Positions 10,363 to 20,955 of a DNA stretch of 64,000 bases are shown piece after piece. Position 1 is the stretch's first letter; every line of letters starts with the position of its first letter. The stretch is from Nostoc sp. DedSLP01 (lineage in GTDB: Bacteria; Cyanobacteriota; Cyanobacteriia; Cyanobacteriales; Nostocaceae). Below the pieces are notes generated by a model. It did no database searches. It was not told the DNA's origin and worked only from the letters and a program-made list of their open reading frames with translations. Location of the stretch: contig JAVRCJ020000005.1 of NCBI GenBank assembly GCA_034530875.2, positions 128,001-192,000 on the forward strand. The letters run 5' to 3'. The position numbers were made by a program, and so were the translations under genes.

Positions 10363-11538
10363 TTACCGATTTGCGACTCGCATCAATAAAAAGACACCTA
10401 CTCCTAGAAAAATAAAGTTGGGTAACCAAGCTCCCATAAAGGGAGAGAGGATGCCTGTTTGTGCGATCGCGCCACTAATAAAGAAAATTAAGTAATAGGA
10501 AAAAATAACTATAACGCTAATCCCAAAACTGGTGCCTCTGCCTGTGCGCTGGGGTATGCTTCCCATTGCAGCGCCGACTAAGCCAAAAACTACGCACACA
10601 AAGGGCAAGGAGATTTTTTGTTGAATCCTGACTTCCAGTTTACGAATTTTTTGGCGATCGCCGCCCAAGCGTTCCACTTCTAATTGATCTAGTCCTTCAG
10701 AAATATTCATTTCGTCGTAGTCGCGGCTTTTTTCTGCCAAAATTAATGGCGTCCGGGGTAGTTGCAGTTGTTGCTGTTCAAACCTGACGATGTTGCGATA
10801 AGAGCGATCGGCTGCGACAAAATAGATTGTGCCGTTGTAAAAATCCCAAACATTTCGAGAAGCATTCCACTGGGCGGATTCTGATACCACAATTTGATTC
10901 AGACCTTTAGTTGAACGATCTATAATTGTCAAACCTGTCATACGCTTACCATCAAATTGGTCGGCGTAAAACAAGCGCGACAATATCCTATTTTTAGTGC
11001 CATCTGGCTGGACAACATCCTGATATTCAGGATAAAAAATATTTTGCTGTTTAAAAGTTGGCTTGTCTGATTTGAGGGCTTTATCCAGAGTCATCGCCGC
11101 TTGGTAATTTGCTGCTGGCGCTATGTGTTCGTTAAATACAAATGTCATTCCTGTGACCAGAAGACTTAATATCACAGCAGGTAGCACCATACGATAAACG
11201 CTGACGCCACAACCACGCAAAGCTATGAGTTCGCTTTCGCTGGAAAGACGACTGTAAGTCATCAGAGTAGCCAGCAACGTGGACATGGGGAAGGCTAAAA
11301 CAACAAAGTTGGGAAACTTTAATAAAAAAACCTGAATGGCAATGTCTATAGGTAGCCCAGATTCAACTACTTTTCTGACTAAATCGAATACAGCATCAAT
11401 GGTGACACCGATTGAAGAGAAAGCTCCGACACCAAAGAAAAACGGTGGCAATAATTCGCTGCTCAGATAACGATCCATAATCGTAAAAGGTAGCAGTGAA
11501 TGCAAACTGTAGAAAGATGTAACTTTCTTTGATATCAT
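10363..11538 (-). CDS. LPS export permease, LptF/LptG family
   Basis: MDRYL...PF start, RLSSESELIALRGCGVS motif, 3+3 TM layout; downstream of lptB. Start uncertain. Confidence 0.9.
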   Translation of the reverse strand: MISKKVTSFYSLHSLLPFTIMDRYLSSELLPPFFFGVGAFSSIGVTIDAVFDLVRKVVESGLPIDIAIQVFLLKFPNFVVLAFPMSTLLATLMTYSRLSSESELIALRGCGVSVYRMVLPAVILSLLVTGMTFVFNEHIAPAANYQAAMTLDKALKSDKPTFKQQNIFYPEYQDVVQPDGTKNRILSRLFYADQFDGKRMTGLTIIDRSTKGLNQIVVSESAQWNASRNVWDFYNGTIYFVAADRSYRNIVRFEQQQLQLPRTPLILAEKSRDYDEMNISEGLDQLEVERLGGDRQKIRKLEVRIQQKISLPFVCVVFGLVGAAMGSIPQRTGRGTSFGISVIVIFSYYLIFFISGAIAQTGILSPFMGAWLPNFIFLGVGVFLLMRVANR

Positions 11539-11925
11539 AAGCAACTGCAAAAGTTAAATATTGGTAACCCTGGTAAAGAAAACATACAGTATAAGTCAGA
11601 ATGGGCTACGCCCCGCTACGCTAACAGAATTCAGAATTCAGGAGTAAAAAAGTTTTCATCTTTGGTTTTAAAGTCTAAATTATGTACCTCACTTGGCTGT
11701 GTCTACTATGTTTAATATCAAAATTTAATTTTCAATGGCTAAAAGTTAGCTAAAAAATTCATGCCGATAAATAAAAAATGAAACTACTCTTTAAAATTAT
11801 TTACTAAATGCAGCAGTTTGTTATTAATTGAAGTACAACACCTTAGCCTAAAAATTAGATATAATCTTTTATTCACTTCTAACTCCTGATTCCTGAATTC
11901 TGACTCCTGAATTCTGATTCTGAAT

Positions 11926-12654
11926 TTACACTTGAAAGCTATCGCCCAAGTAATATTGCCGCACAAGGGGGTTGTGGTAGAGTTCGTCAGAAGTCCCAAA
12001 TGCAAGAATTTGTCCCTCACGCATGATATAACCGCGATCGGTAATGGCGAGAGTTTCGCGGACATTATGATCTGTGATTAAAATACCCATACCGCGATCG
12101 CGCAATTGAGCGATAATGTGCTGAATTTCTGAGACTGCTATCGGATCTACTCCCGCAAATGGTTCATCCAAAAGTAAAAACTTTGGTCCTTCTCGTCCAG
12201 CAGCCAGAGACCTTGCTAATTCCGTCCGCCGTCGCTCCCCACCAGAAAGTTGAATTCCCTTGCTATTAGCTACTTTTTCCAAGCGAAACTCCCGCAGTAA
12301 TGTTGTTAGTCGCCTCGACCATTCCCATCGTGGCACATTAGTCTGCTCTAGCACTAATAGAATATTATCTTGTACCGAAAGCTGACGAAAAACACTCGCC
12401 TCTTGTGCTAGATACCCAATACCCAATCGCGCCCTTCTGTGCATTGGCATTCCTGTAATGTCTAGATTACCTAGCCAGACTTTTCCTTGATTGGGTTTTT
12501 CTAAACCTGTGGCAATGTAAAAAGTCGTAGTTTTACCAGCGCCATTAGGCCCTAGTAAACCAACGACTTCCCCTTGAGCAACAGAAAGGTTGACACGATT
12601 GACAATGACTCGCTTGTTGTAAGATTTGTGAATATTCTCTAAAACAATTTTCAC
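11926..12654 (-). CDS. lptB: LPS export ABC transporter ATPase
   Basis: GPNGAGKTT, GYLAQEASVFR, LSGGERRR, LLDEPFAGVDP and ITDHNVRETL. Confidence 0.95.
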   Translation of the reverse strand: MKIVLENIHKSYNKRVIVNRVNLSVAQGEVVGLLGPNGAGKTTTFYIATGLEKPNQGKVWLGNLDITGMPMHRRARLGIGYLAQEASVFRQLSVQDNILLVLEQTNVPRWEWSRRLTTLLREFRLEKVANSKGIQLSGGERRRTELARSLAAGREGPKFLLLDEPFAGVDPIAVSEIQHIIAQLRDRGMGILITDHNVRETLAITDRGYIMREGQILAFGTSDELYHNPLVRQYYLGDSFQV

Positions 12655-12684
12655 GCTACAGGCAGCCTTTCTTAGTAGTAGATG

Positions 12685-13182
12685 CTAATTAGAACGCTTA
12701 AATTCTGGTGTCTTTGGGGGAGGTGTTGCAGTTTGTGCATTATTATTTGATTCCTCCACCATGTAGATCGACTCTACCTGACGGTTGGCTTGGGGTAAGG
12801 CCACAAATCGTCCTTCATCAATTAAATAGGTTACCTTCTCCGCCCGGATACTGTTACCTCCCTGCTGCAAAATATAGACGTTGCCACTAAAATCAATCCG
12901 GCGTTCTTTACTAAAATACTGTGCTTGGGCAGCTGTTGCCTGAAGTTGGCGAGAAGGATAAAACATTTGCACGTTACCGCGAGCCGTGATTACTTGAGTT
13001 TTGGCGTCATATTCTTGCACATCAGCACGGATGGTCAAAGGGCGATTTTCTCCAGATGTTTGTGCGGTAGCGGTTTGCAGTCGGTTGGGGAAAGCAAAAG
13101 TTCCGAAAAGAAAAGCTGGCAGTATTAAGGCTAATCCAACACGACGCATCTGAGACATGGGCAATTTATAACAGGAGGTCAT
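12685..13182 (-). CDS. lptA: LptA/OstA family periplasmic protein
   Basis: Signal peptide, TARGNV and FSGNVYI beta-jellyroll motifs; upstream of lptB. Confidence 0.85.
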   Translation of the reverse strand: MTSCYKLPMSQMRRVGLALILPAFLFGTFAFPNRLQTATAQTSGENRPLTIRADVQEYDAKTQVITARGNVQMFYPSRQLQATAAQAQYFSKERRIDFSGNVYILQQGGNSIRAEKVTYLIDEGRFVALPQANRQVESIYMVEESNNNAQTATPPPKTPEFKRSN

Positions 13183-13581
13183 TGCAATTTGGGGTTGAGA
13201 ATTTGGGCTTGTGTTTTAATTATCTCAAGTACTCTATCCAGATATGAAAGGTACAATCTGGAGGGATTTTACGATAACTACTGGCTCAAATACTGACGCT
13301 ACCGCCAACCTCAAGGTTTCAGAAAACTTTATATTCAGATCCACTACAGCTTAATATAACGGTCTTAGCTTTTTTCTCCACACTCTACACCTCATTGGCA
13401 TCAAGTTTAGCCAAAACCTCGATCGAGTTTCGTTTCCAGGTTTAGGAAATAAACGCAGACAAATTCAGAACTCGAACGTTGAGCTTTTGATATATCGTGC
13501 AGAGAATCTTGATTAACAGCAGTTATTTTGTACGATAAAGTACAAAGTGTCATCATAAATTAATCAATAAGGAATGCGTAC

Positions 13582-14157
13582 ATGGGCAAGGGGAGGTTAG
13601 AAGCATTCAGCGATGGGGTGATTGCCATCATCATCACTATTATGGTGCTGGAAATCAAAGTGCCGCATGGCAGTGAGTTAGCCGCACTGCGTCCGTTGAT
13701 ACCAATATTTCTCAGCTATGTGCTGAGTTTTATTTATCTCGGCATCTATTGGAACAACCATCATCACTTGTTACAGGCGATTCGCCATGTTAATGGGCGC
13801 ATCCTTTGGGCAAATTTACATTTGCTGTTTTGGTTGTCGTTAATCCCCTTTGGTACTGCCTGGATGGGTGAAAATAACTTTGCCATCATACCAGTTGCCC
13901 TTTATGGTGTGGTTTTGATGTTAAATGCGATCGCCTACTACATCCTGACTCGTACATTAATTTATTATCATGGCAGTGATTCTACTTTAGCGATCGCAGT
14001 CGGTCGAGACTTCAAAGGAAAAGTATCGGTGGTTATTTATGCCGTGGCAATTCCACTTGCTTTTCTAAATTCCTGGCTTGCCTGTGTATTATACATTTTG
14101 GTCGCAGTTATGTGGCTTATCCCCGACCGCCGCATTGAAAAAACTCTAACTTCGTGA
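13582..14157 (+). CDS. TMEM175 (DUF1211) potassium channel family
   Basis: RLEAFSDGVIAIIITIMVLE signature and YWNNHH. Confidence 0.92.
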   Translation: MGKGRLEAFSDGVIAIIITIMVLEIKVPHGSELAALRPLIPIFLSYVLSFIYLGIYWNNHHHLLQAIRHVNGRILWANLHLLFWLSLIPFGTAWMGENNFAIIPVALYGVVLMLNAIAYYILTRTLIYYHGSDSTLAIAVGRDFKGKVSVVIYAVAIPLAFLNSWLACVLYILVAVMWLIPDRRIEKTLTS

Positions 14158-14346
14158 CATCGCCCTGCAATTTGATTGCATCGCCCTGCAATTTGATTGC
14201 ATCGACCTGCAATTTGATTGCATCGACCTGCAATACGATTGCATCGCCCTGCAATTTGATTGCATCGACCTGCAATGCGATTGCATCGACCTGCAATGCG
14301 ATTGCATCGACCTGCAATGCGATTGCATCGACCTGCAATGCAATTG
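14158..14346. repeat. Tandem 21-bp repeat, 9 copies (CATCG[A/C]CCTGCAAT[TT/GC/AC]GATTG)
   Basis: Counted directly; begins at the first base after the TMEM175 stop codon. Confidence 0.95.
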
Positions 14347-14438
14347 CGCTTAATACCAAATTGGCAAAGGATGCTTTGTTTCAGATGCAGAGTAACAGAT
14401 TGAAAACCAGTTGTGTCAGCCTTTTCAAACTATGTCTT

Positions 14439-14592
14439 AACGTGAATTCGACCAACCTCTCCCTGTCTTGAACTAGTGTTCAAGTCTGTCCCTCTCCGAA
14501 TCGGAGAGGGACGGTTTTACGTAGTAAAACCAGGGAGAGGTTTTTTATTTGGCTAATTAGACGAACACTATATAAACCGTCGAATTCACGTT
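14439..14592. mobile_element. 154-bp MITE with perfect 14-bp terminal inverted repeats and 5-bp target-site duplication
   Basis: AACGTGAATTCGAC (14439-14452) / GTCGAATTCACGTT (14579-14592), GTCTT on both flanks (14434-14438, 14593-14597), multi-hairpin interior. Confidence 0.85.
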
Positions 14593-14696
14593 GTCTTAAT
14601 TACGTTAGCCCAGCGGGGCGTACTCCTACGGAGAAGCAAGCTACGCGGAGCGTCTCGTAGAGAAGCCCATTACGAATTACGAATTAGTATTAGATT

Positions 14697-15890
14697 TTAC
14701 ACACAAGTGCAATACCTAAATACAAAAAATATCAAAACTGCAAAACCCGTCGCTGCATGATAAACGCTATGAATTCCGCCAAAACCAAAAGCATACCCCA
14801 TCAATAGCGGCCCTAAAGTTTGTCCTAAACCGAAGAATGTGCCGTTGACCGATATAATTGTCGCTAAATATTCTCTTGGTGCTAAATCTGCTAACAGTGT
14901 TTGGATAGTGGGAAAACCAATCCCAAGGCCAATACCAAAAATTATACTAGGCACTAATAGTAACCACAGGTTTGGCACAAAAGGAATAATTAACATCGCT
15001 AAACCGTACAAAACATAAGATGCACTAATTAAATTAGTAGCGCGAAATCTTCTAGCTAATCTGCCTAACTGTGAAGATACAATAGTTATTGATATAGAAA
15101 CACTAGAAAGTAACAATCCAATAATAGTAGATGGTGCTTTAAAAGTGTCGTTAATTAACTGTGGTAAATAAGTAACATAAGCGCCATAAAGGAAAACAAA
15201 GTTAGCTGCACTGGCAAGAAAAAGTCCAAATAATTGGCGATTTTTGAGAACTTTTAGTGCATTTCTTAAGTAGTCTTTTAAATTGCGATCGCCTTGTGGT
15301 TCTGGATTCTTCAATCCAAACAATACCAAGAACCCCAGAGGAATCGCTAATATCGGCAACATAAAAGGATAATACCAGCCCATTGCTGCCAAAGCACCAC
15401 CAATTATAGGATAAGTTGACGTGCCAACGCTGCTGATACTGGCACTGTAACCCATTGCCTCAGTACGTCTATCTCCTATATATAAATCGCCAATTAAAGT
15501 AATACTTAAAGAAAGCAAAGGAGCAGCACCGATTCCTTGGAGCAAACGAAACAATAATAATAAATTAAAATCACGTGCTAAGGCGCACGCTGTACCAGCA
15601 ATCCCAAATAAAAATAGTGCAGGAACCATAATTCTTTTTCTGCCCCATCTATCAGCTAATATGCCAATAACCGGCCCTAAAAATAAAGATGGTAATGTAA
15701 AGAATGTAATCAATAAACCCAAATTTTGGGGATTGATATTTAACTCTTTAACTAACTTAGGAAAAGCTGGAGTTACGCTGGAAACCCCGATAACAGCAAT
15801 CAGAGAGACTGCACTAACTATCTGAAAATTTAGCTCTAGATAAACTGGCTTTTTACGCTCGCTTTGGCTGTTATCTTTTGGCGAATTCAT
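14697..15890 (-). CDS. MFS transporter
   Basis: GILADRWGRKR motif A, RLLQGIG, about 12 TM segments. Confidence 0.92.
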   Translation of the reverse strand: MNSPKDNSQSERKKPVYLELNFQIVSAVSLIAVIGVSSVTPAFPKLVKELNINPQNLGLLITFFTLPSLFLGPVIGILADRWGRKRIMVPALFLFGIAGTACALARDFNLLLLFRLLQGIGAAPLLSLSITLIGDLYIGDRRTEAMGYSASISSVGTSTYPIIGGALAAMGWYYPFMLPILAIPLGFLVLFGLKNPEPQGDRNLKDYLRNALKVLKNRQLFGLFLASAANFVFLYGAYVTYLPQLINDTFKAPSTIIGLLLSSVSISITIVSSQLGRLARRFRATNLISASYVLYGLAMLIIPFVPNLWLLLVPSIIFGIGLGIGFPTIQTLLADLAPREYLATIISVNGTFFGLGQTLGPLLMGYAFGFGGIHSVYHAATGFAVLIFFVFRYCTCV

Positions 15891-16148
15891 GAGATTACCC
15901 TAGAAAATTAGAATTCAGAATTCAGAATTCAGAATTCAGGAGTCAGAATGGTTAGATAATCGGAGAAGCGATGATAAATATATCGATCCCACTAGTACTT
16001 GAAATGTCTAAAACCCTTACGCAACAGTAATTACGTTAGCTAGCGGGGCGTAGCCCATTACGAATTACGCAAAGCAATACTAGGCTCTCGATGAATTCTG
16101 ACTTCTGACTCCTGATTAGTGAATTATTAACTGCGATTTATTGCCTTC

Positions 16149-16862
16149 TTAAGCTGCAACTTTTTCCTCAAATGGTTTAAAAGTTTTTTTCGTTGCACCG
16201 CAAATCGGACATTTCCAATCATCAGGAATTTCTTCAAAAGGTGTACCAGGTGCGATTCCCGAATCAGGATCGCCAGCTACAGGATCGTAAATCATACTGC
16301 ATTGTTTACAAATCCATTTACGAGTTTGAGGATCGTCAGCTACAACTTTATTTACTGTTTGTCCTCCGTTTAATACTTCTAAGGCTTCAGCATAGCGATC
16401 GGCATGATAATTTTCGATGAATTTTAATAAGCCGAAACGGTGTGCAGCTTCCCGAAATGTATTTGCATGGTCGGTAGATTCTTTTGCTTGTTTGAGAAAT
16501 TCTTCAGCAGCGGTATTATCGCGGTCGCGTTGAGCATCGGCGGCAAATTCTGGATACATTGTGGTGTATTCATAAGTCTCGCCTTCAATTGCCAACGATA
16601 AGCAGCGAGAGACAATTTCTCGCTTTTGCTCGTCAGTTAAAGCTGCTGGGTTTTCAACTACAAGTTCTGGATGTAGCAACTTAAAATGTGCAAAAGCATG
16701 TTCGGTTTCTTGATCTGCTGTCTCTTTAAAAAGTTTTGCCAAATCTGTGAACCCAAGTTGACGCGCTACATCAGCGAAAAACAAATATTTGCGATTTGCC
16801 ATCGACTCACCACCGAAGGCAGCTTCTAAGTTTTGAAGAGTAGTAAAGTTGGATAAATCCAT
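16149..16862 (-). CDS. Rubrerythrin with C-terminal rubredoxin domain
   Basis: AAFGGESMANRKY...ETEHA diiron motifs; CKQC...PDDWKCPICG. Confidence 0.93.
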   Translation of the reverse strand: MDLSNFTTLQNLEAAFGGESMANRKYLFFADVARQLGFTDLAKLFKETADQETEHAFAHFKLLHPELVVENPAALTDEQKREIVSRCLSLAIEGETYEYTTMYPEFAADAQRDRDNTAAEEFLKQAKESTDHANTFREAAHRFGLLKFIENYHADRYAEALEVLNGGQTVNKVVADDPQTRKWICKQCSMIYDPVAGDPDSGIAPGTPFEEIPDDWKCPICGATKKTFKPFEEKVAA

Positions 16863-17080
16863 AATTGTGGGATGCCTACGAAGTGATATTTAGTACGAAA
16901 ACACGAACTATGCAACCAAATAAATGAGCCGTTATTTGTATAAAGTAGAAACGTTTTATACAAAATTTAGCCCAAATTTATAAAGTTAGCACAGCTAGCT
17001 GTGCTAACCTACCTGGACAATTATAAAACCGAAAACTTTTGTAGCTGAAAATTTATCAACAAAGAATTCTGAATTCTATT

Positions 17081-18175
17081 TCAAGTTCTTTGAAGTTCTA
17101 AAAACGGATAATCAGTGTATCCTGTAGCGTCAGGTGCATAAAATGTTTTGGGATCTGGCGTATTTAACTGTGCATTCAGTTGTAAGCGTTTTGGTAAGTC
17201 AGGATTAGCAAGATATAGCTTGCCAAAAGAAACTAAATCTGCGTTATTGTTAGCTAGAATACTATCTCCTTTCGAGCGATCGTAGCCACCATTTGTAATT
17301 AAAGTACCTTGGAAGATTTGCCGATAGTAAGGCGTTAGAGGATTCATGACTTGGCGATTTGCTAAATCGACTTCGTTAGGTTCCATCAGGTGGAGATATG
17401 CTAATCCAAAGTGGTTGAGAGCATTGATAGCATAACTAAATGTTTCTTGAGGATTAGAGTCATACATTCCGTAAAAAGTATTACTTGGTGAAAGCTTAAT
17501 CCCAACACGGTTTTCACCCCAAACACTAGCGACTGCTTCCACAACTTCTAATAAAAATCGGCTGCGATTTTCTATTGAACCGCCATATTCATCTGTGCGT
17601 TGGTTAGAACCATCTTGTAGGAATTGATCGATTAAATAGCCAAAAGCGCCGTGAAGCTCAATTCCATCAAAGCCAGCTGCTAAAGCATTTTTAGCACCTT
17701 GGCGGAATTGTTCGACTATTTCGGCAATTTCCTTAGTTTCCAAAGCGCGGGGAGTTTCTAACGATACTTTACCTATGGGAGCGTGGAGCGAGCCAACGCC
17801 CGCGATCGCACTTGGAGCAACTGGTAATTTTCCACCGAGTAAAGCAGGGTGAGAAACCCTACCAGAATGCCAAAGTTGCAGAAAGATTCTACCACCTTCT
17901 TGATGGACTGCATCAGTTATTAACCGCCATCCAGCCACTTGCTCATCTGAGTAAATTCCTGGGCAATTGATGTATCCCAGGCTCAAAGGTGACACCATCG
18001 TACATTCAGTAACAATTAAGCCTGCGCTGGCGCGTTGGGCGTAATAAGTTGCCATCAACGAGTTAGGAATATTGTCAATCGCCCGCAAACGAGTCATGGG
18101 CGCCATTACAATCCTGTTCGGCAGAGTATAAGGGCCAAGCTGAACTGCTGTGAAAAGATTGATATTGGAATTCAT
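17081..18175 (-). CDS. Old yellow enzyme family alkene reductase (NemA-like)
   Basis: NRIVMAPMTR, QLWHSGR, GFDGIELHGAFGYLIDQFL and NQRTDEYGGS. Confidence 0.93.
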   Translation of the reverse strand: MNSNINLFTAVQLGPYTLPNRIVMAPMTRLRAIDNIPNSLMATYYAQRASAGLIVTECTMVSPLSLGYINCPGIYSDEQVAGWRLITDAVHQEGGRIFLQLWHSGRVSHPALLGGKLPVAPSAIAGVGSLHAPIGKVSLETPRALETKEIAEIVEQFRQGAKNALAAGFDGIELHGAFGYLIDQFLQDGSNQRTDEYGGSIENRSRFLLEVVEAVASVWGENRVGIKLSPSNTFYGMYDSNPQETFSYAINALNHFGLAYLHLMEPNEVDLANRQVMNPLTPYYRQIFQGTLITNGGYDRSKGDSILANNNADLVSFGKLYLANPDLPKRLQLNAQLNTPDPKTFYAPDATGYTDYPFLELQRT

Positions 18176-18294
18176 TGCTTAAATTTCCATTGGTAGATTA
18201 GCAGCCTATTTTGTATTGAGAATTGGGCATAAGGGCAGAGGGGAAAGACTTACTGCTACTTCCCCTGTACTCTTGTGCTTTGGGTTCCCTTCTT

Positions 18295-19605
18295 CTAAAA
18301 TTCTGGAGCGATCGCTACACCATCGGTTAGATTCAGCAGTCCTGAGATAATAATTTTATCTTCTGGCTGTAATCCTTCAAGCACTTGATAATTATTGCCT
18401 TTAATTTGACCTAGTTTTACTCGCTTTTGCCGGGCTACTTGTTGAGATACGCCTTGGGGAGACTTTTCAGTTTCAGCTACATACACAAAAGTTTCTCCAC
18501 CAACGCGAGTCACTGCTGCTGTTGGAATTAAAATTCCAGGACGTTGATTCCAAATAACTCTAGCCCTGGCCAATTGATTTGCACGTGCCTGACCTTTAGA
18601 GTTATTAAACAGTGCTTTAATTAGTATTCCTTGTGTTTCATTACTGGTATTAGGCGCAATGTAAAACACTCTAGTTCTACCCAAGTTTTGACCTTGTGTG
18701 TTCATAACTTCCACGGGCATCCCTTCACGCAACAGTGATTTTCGCTGTGGAGGAACGGAAATTCTAACTTCTAAAGGTTGATTTTGCATTAAGGTGGCTA
18801 GTGGCGTGGAAGTATTAACCAAATCGCCCACTTTTACGGAGATTTCGCCAACTGTACCAGCAAAGGGAGCAGTAATTTTTTCGTACCGCACTTGTGGCTG
18901 CTTCGGATTTACATTAGCTTGCTGTAAGGATTTTTCAGCTTGTAAAATATTAGCTCGTTGGGCTTGAATCCTAGAATCAATTACATTGAGATTAGTTTTG
19001 GCGGCGGCGAGTCTAGTAGCATACTGATTGCTAGCCAGTCGAGATACTGCTCCTTGTTGAGCTAAGTCGAAATACTTTTCGTATTCCTGTTGGGCAAGTT
19101 GCACATTAGTAACGTAAGATGCCCGTTCTGCTTCCAAAGATTGGAGTGTAGCGCGGGCGTTGGCTAGTCGCTCTAAAAATGCCTGAGATACAGGATTAAT
19201 TCCATTAACTCCTGCTTGTTGCGGTCTGGAGTCTACTACGAGAATTGCCGAGCCTTGTACTACTGAATCTCCAGCTTTGACAAACATCTGCGCGATTTGA
19301 CCTGGAATCGCGGGTCTGAGGTTAACTGAGCGCTGGGACTCTAGGCTAGCAATAAAATCTGAACTTTCCTCAATGATGCCGCTTTGTACTGTGGATATTT
19401 TGACCCTTACCCCTTGAGGTTGAACATTTGCAGTTGAAGGTGCTGAATTTTGTGGAGTCAGCAAACGCCAAACTATAGTTACTCCGCCTCCTAATAATAG
19501 TGCAGCTAAAAATAACCAAAGCCACCGCCGTTTTTTTGGAGGTGGCTCATAAGAGGTTTGTGAAGAATTTTCTCCAAAATCAGTTTCAGGCTGTGGGGAT
19601 GTCAT
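18295..19605 (-). CDS. RND efflux periplasmic adaptor (membrane fusion protein)
   Basis: N-terminal TM, lipoyl halves, coiled coil, ITAPFAGTV, IPTAAV. Start uncertain. Confidence 0.88.
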   Translation of the reverse strand: MTSPQPETDFGENSSQTSYEPPPKKRRWLWLFLAALLLGGGVTIVWRLLTPQNSAPSTANVQPQGVRVKISTVQSGIIEESSDFIASLESQRSVNLRPAIPGQIAQMFVKAGDSVVQGSAILVVDSRPQQAGVNGINPVSQAFLERLANARATLQSLEAERASYVTNVQLAQQEYEKYFDLAQQGAVSRLASNQYATRLAAAKTNLNVIDSRIQAQRANILQAEKSLQQANVNPKQPQVRYEKITAPFAGTVGEISVKVGDLVNTSTPLATLMQNQPLEVRISVPPQRKSLLREGMPVEVMNTQGQNLGRTRVFYIAPNTSNETQGILIKALFNNSKGQARANQLARARVIWNQRPGILIPTAAVTRVGGETFVYVAETEKSPQGVSQQVARQKRVKLGQIKGNNYQVLEGLQPEDKIIISGLLNLTDGVAIAPEF

Positions 19606-19980
19606 AGCTGATAAGGAATTAAGGAACAATTAACTAAAACTCAATGGAAATTTTCAGTAGACACACATAATTAAACTTCAAGTATCAATGACTGAAATCT
19701 CGTTGGTGACAAGCTTTTAGCTTCTGTCTTCAGCATAGCTGCCTTCTGACTTCTACATTATATATAGATACGAAAATTACTAATTTAGCATGATGTTTTA
19801 TGGCAAGTTTTGTATTATACAATCCAAATATACTGTTTTGATAATTCTGTCTCACTCTACCAAAAGGTGAGTAAACTAGCCACAGGTAATAGAGACAGGG
19901 CGCAGGGGGCAGGGGGCAAGAGGTAGTTGTTGCTGGAGGGAAAAGAAGAATATCTATATTTAATTCTCCAGTTGTCTACT

Positions 19981-20955
19981 TCATTTATTTGCAAACTGCT
20001 GTATATTTTGCTCGGAACTATTTAACATAGACGATATCAACATTTGTTCAAAAGCTTTGGAAAGAGCAGTTTGAAAACGCTGACGATGCTTGATTTTGAA
20101 AAAAGGTCGAACTATTTCGACGATGGCATTCTCTGGTTGTCTGTCATCAATAACTTTAATTGCGCGTAAAGTTCCCAACTGGATTTCTTTTTTTACCATC
20201 AACTCAGAAATTCCAGTTGCACCAACGCCGTTTTCAATGGCTGCTTTTGCCATCTCGCCGCTAGCGAACACTAAAATTATATTTAGTTCGCCGAGATTAA
20301 TTCCCCAATTGAGCAACGCTTCCTCAAACCTTTGCTGGGTTCCAGATTCGGGTACTCGCATTACCCAAGGAGTTTGAGTCAGCTGGCTTAACTCGATTTC
20401 TCCTTGCTCAAACCAAGGATGTTTTTCACCTACGACAATTTGTAAGCGATCGCTCCCCACAATTTCGTACTCTAAAGTAGTTTGCAGCGCTGGCTTGACA
20501 TCTCCTTCCACCAAACCCAAATCAAACTGTCCCATTGCAGTACCTACACAAATTGTTTCAGCGTTAGCCAGGGTACAGTCAATTTGGATACCAGGATATT
20601 GGCTCTTAAATTCACTAATCTTACTTGGTAGCCAATAATTACCAATTGTCAGACTCGATCCTAATTTCAACTCACCCCGTTGCAGATTATTCAATTCCCG
20701 CAACCCCCTTTCTGTCAATGAGACTTGATCGAGGATTTTCTTCGCCTCCACTTGCAGTAACTTCCCAGCCTCAGCAATCTCAATATGACGACCAATCCGA
20801 TGGAACAATTTGACCCCGTACTCTTGTTCTAAGTTCTGAATCGCTGCACTGACGGCTGGCTGTGTAATATAAAGTTCTTCTGCTGCCCGAGTAAAGTGTA
20901 AGTGCTGCGCCACAGCCATAAATATTTTTAGCTGTTCAAGCGTCATTCCTGCCAT
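19981..20955 (-). CDS. LysR family transcriptional regulator
   Basis: HFTRAAEELYITQPAVSAAIQNLEQEYGVKLF HTH and substrate-binding domain. Confidence 0.95.
   Translation of the reverse strand: MAGMTLEQLKIFMAVAQHLHFTRAAEELYITQPAVSAAIQNLEQEYGVKLFHRIGRHIEIAEAGKLLQVEAKKILDQVSLTERGLRELNNLQRGELKLGSSLTIGNYWLPSKISEFKSQYPGIQIDCTLANAETICVGTAMGQFDLGLVEGDVKPALQTTLEYEIVGSDRLQIVVGEKHPWFEQGEIELSQLTQTPWVMRVPESGTQQRFEEALLNWGINLGELNIILVFASGEMAKAAIENGVGATGISELMVKKEIQLGTLRAIKVIDDRQPENAIVEIVRPFFKIKHRQRFQTALSKAFEQMLISSMLNSSEQNIQQFANK

Noticed and set aside
10074..10495. Several low-complexity ORFs (GSV/PHS/WGV repeats)
   Set aside because: Translations of the intergenic tandem repeats in multiple frames.
14158..14346. 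21-bp array as a CRISPR
   Set aside because: Units are contiguous, with no unique spacers.
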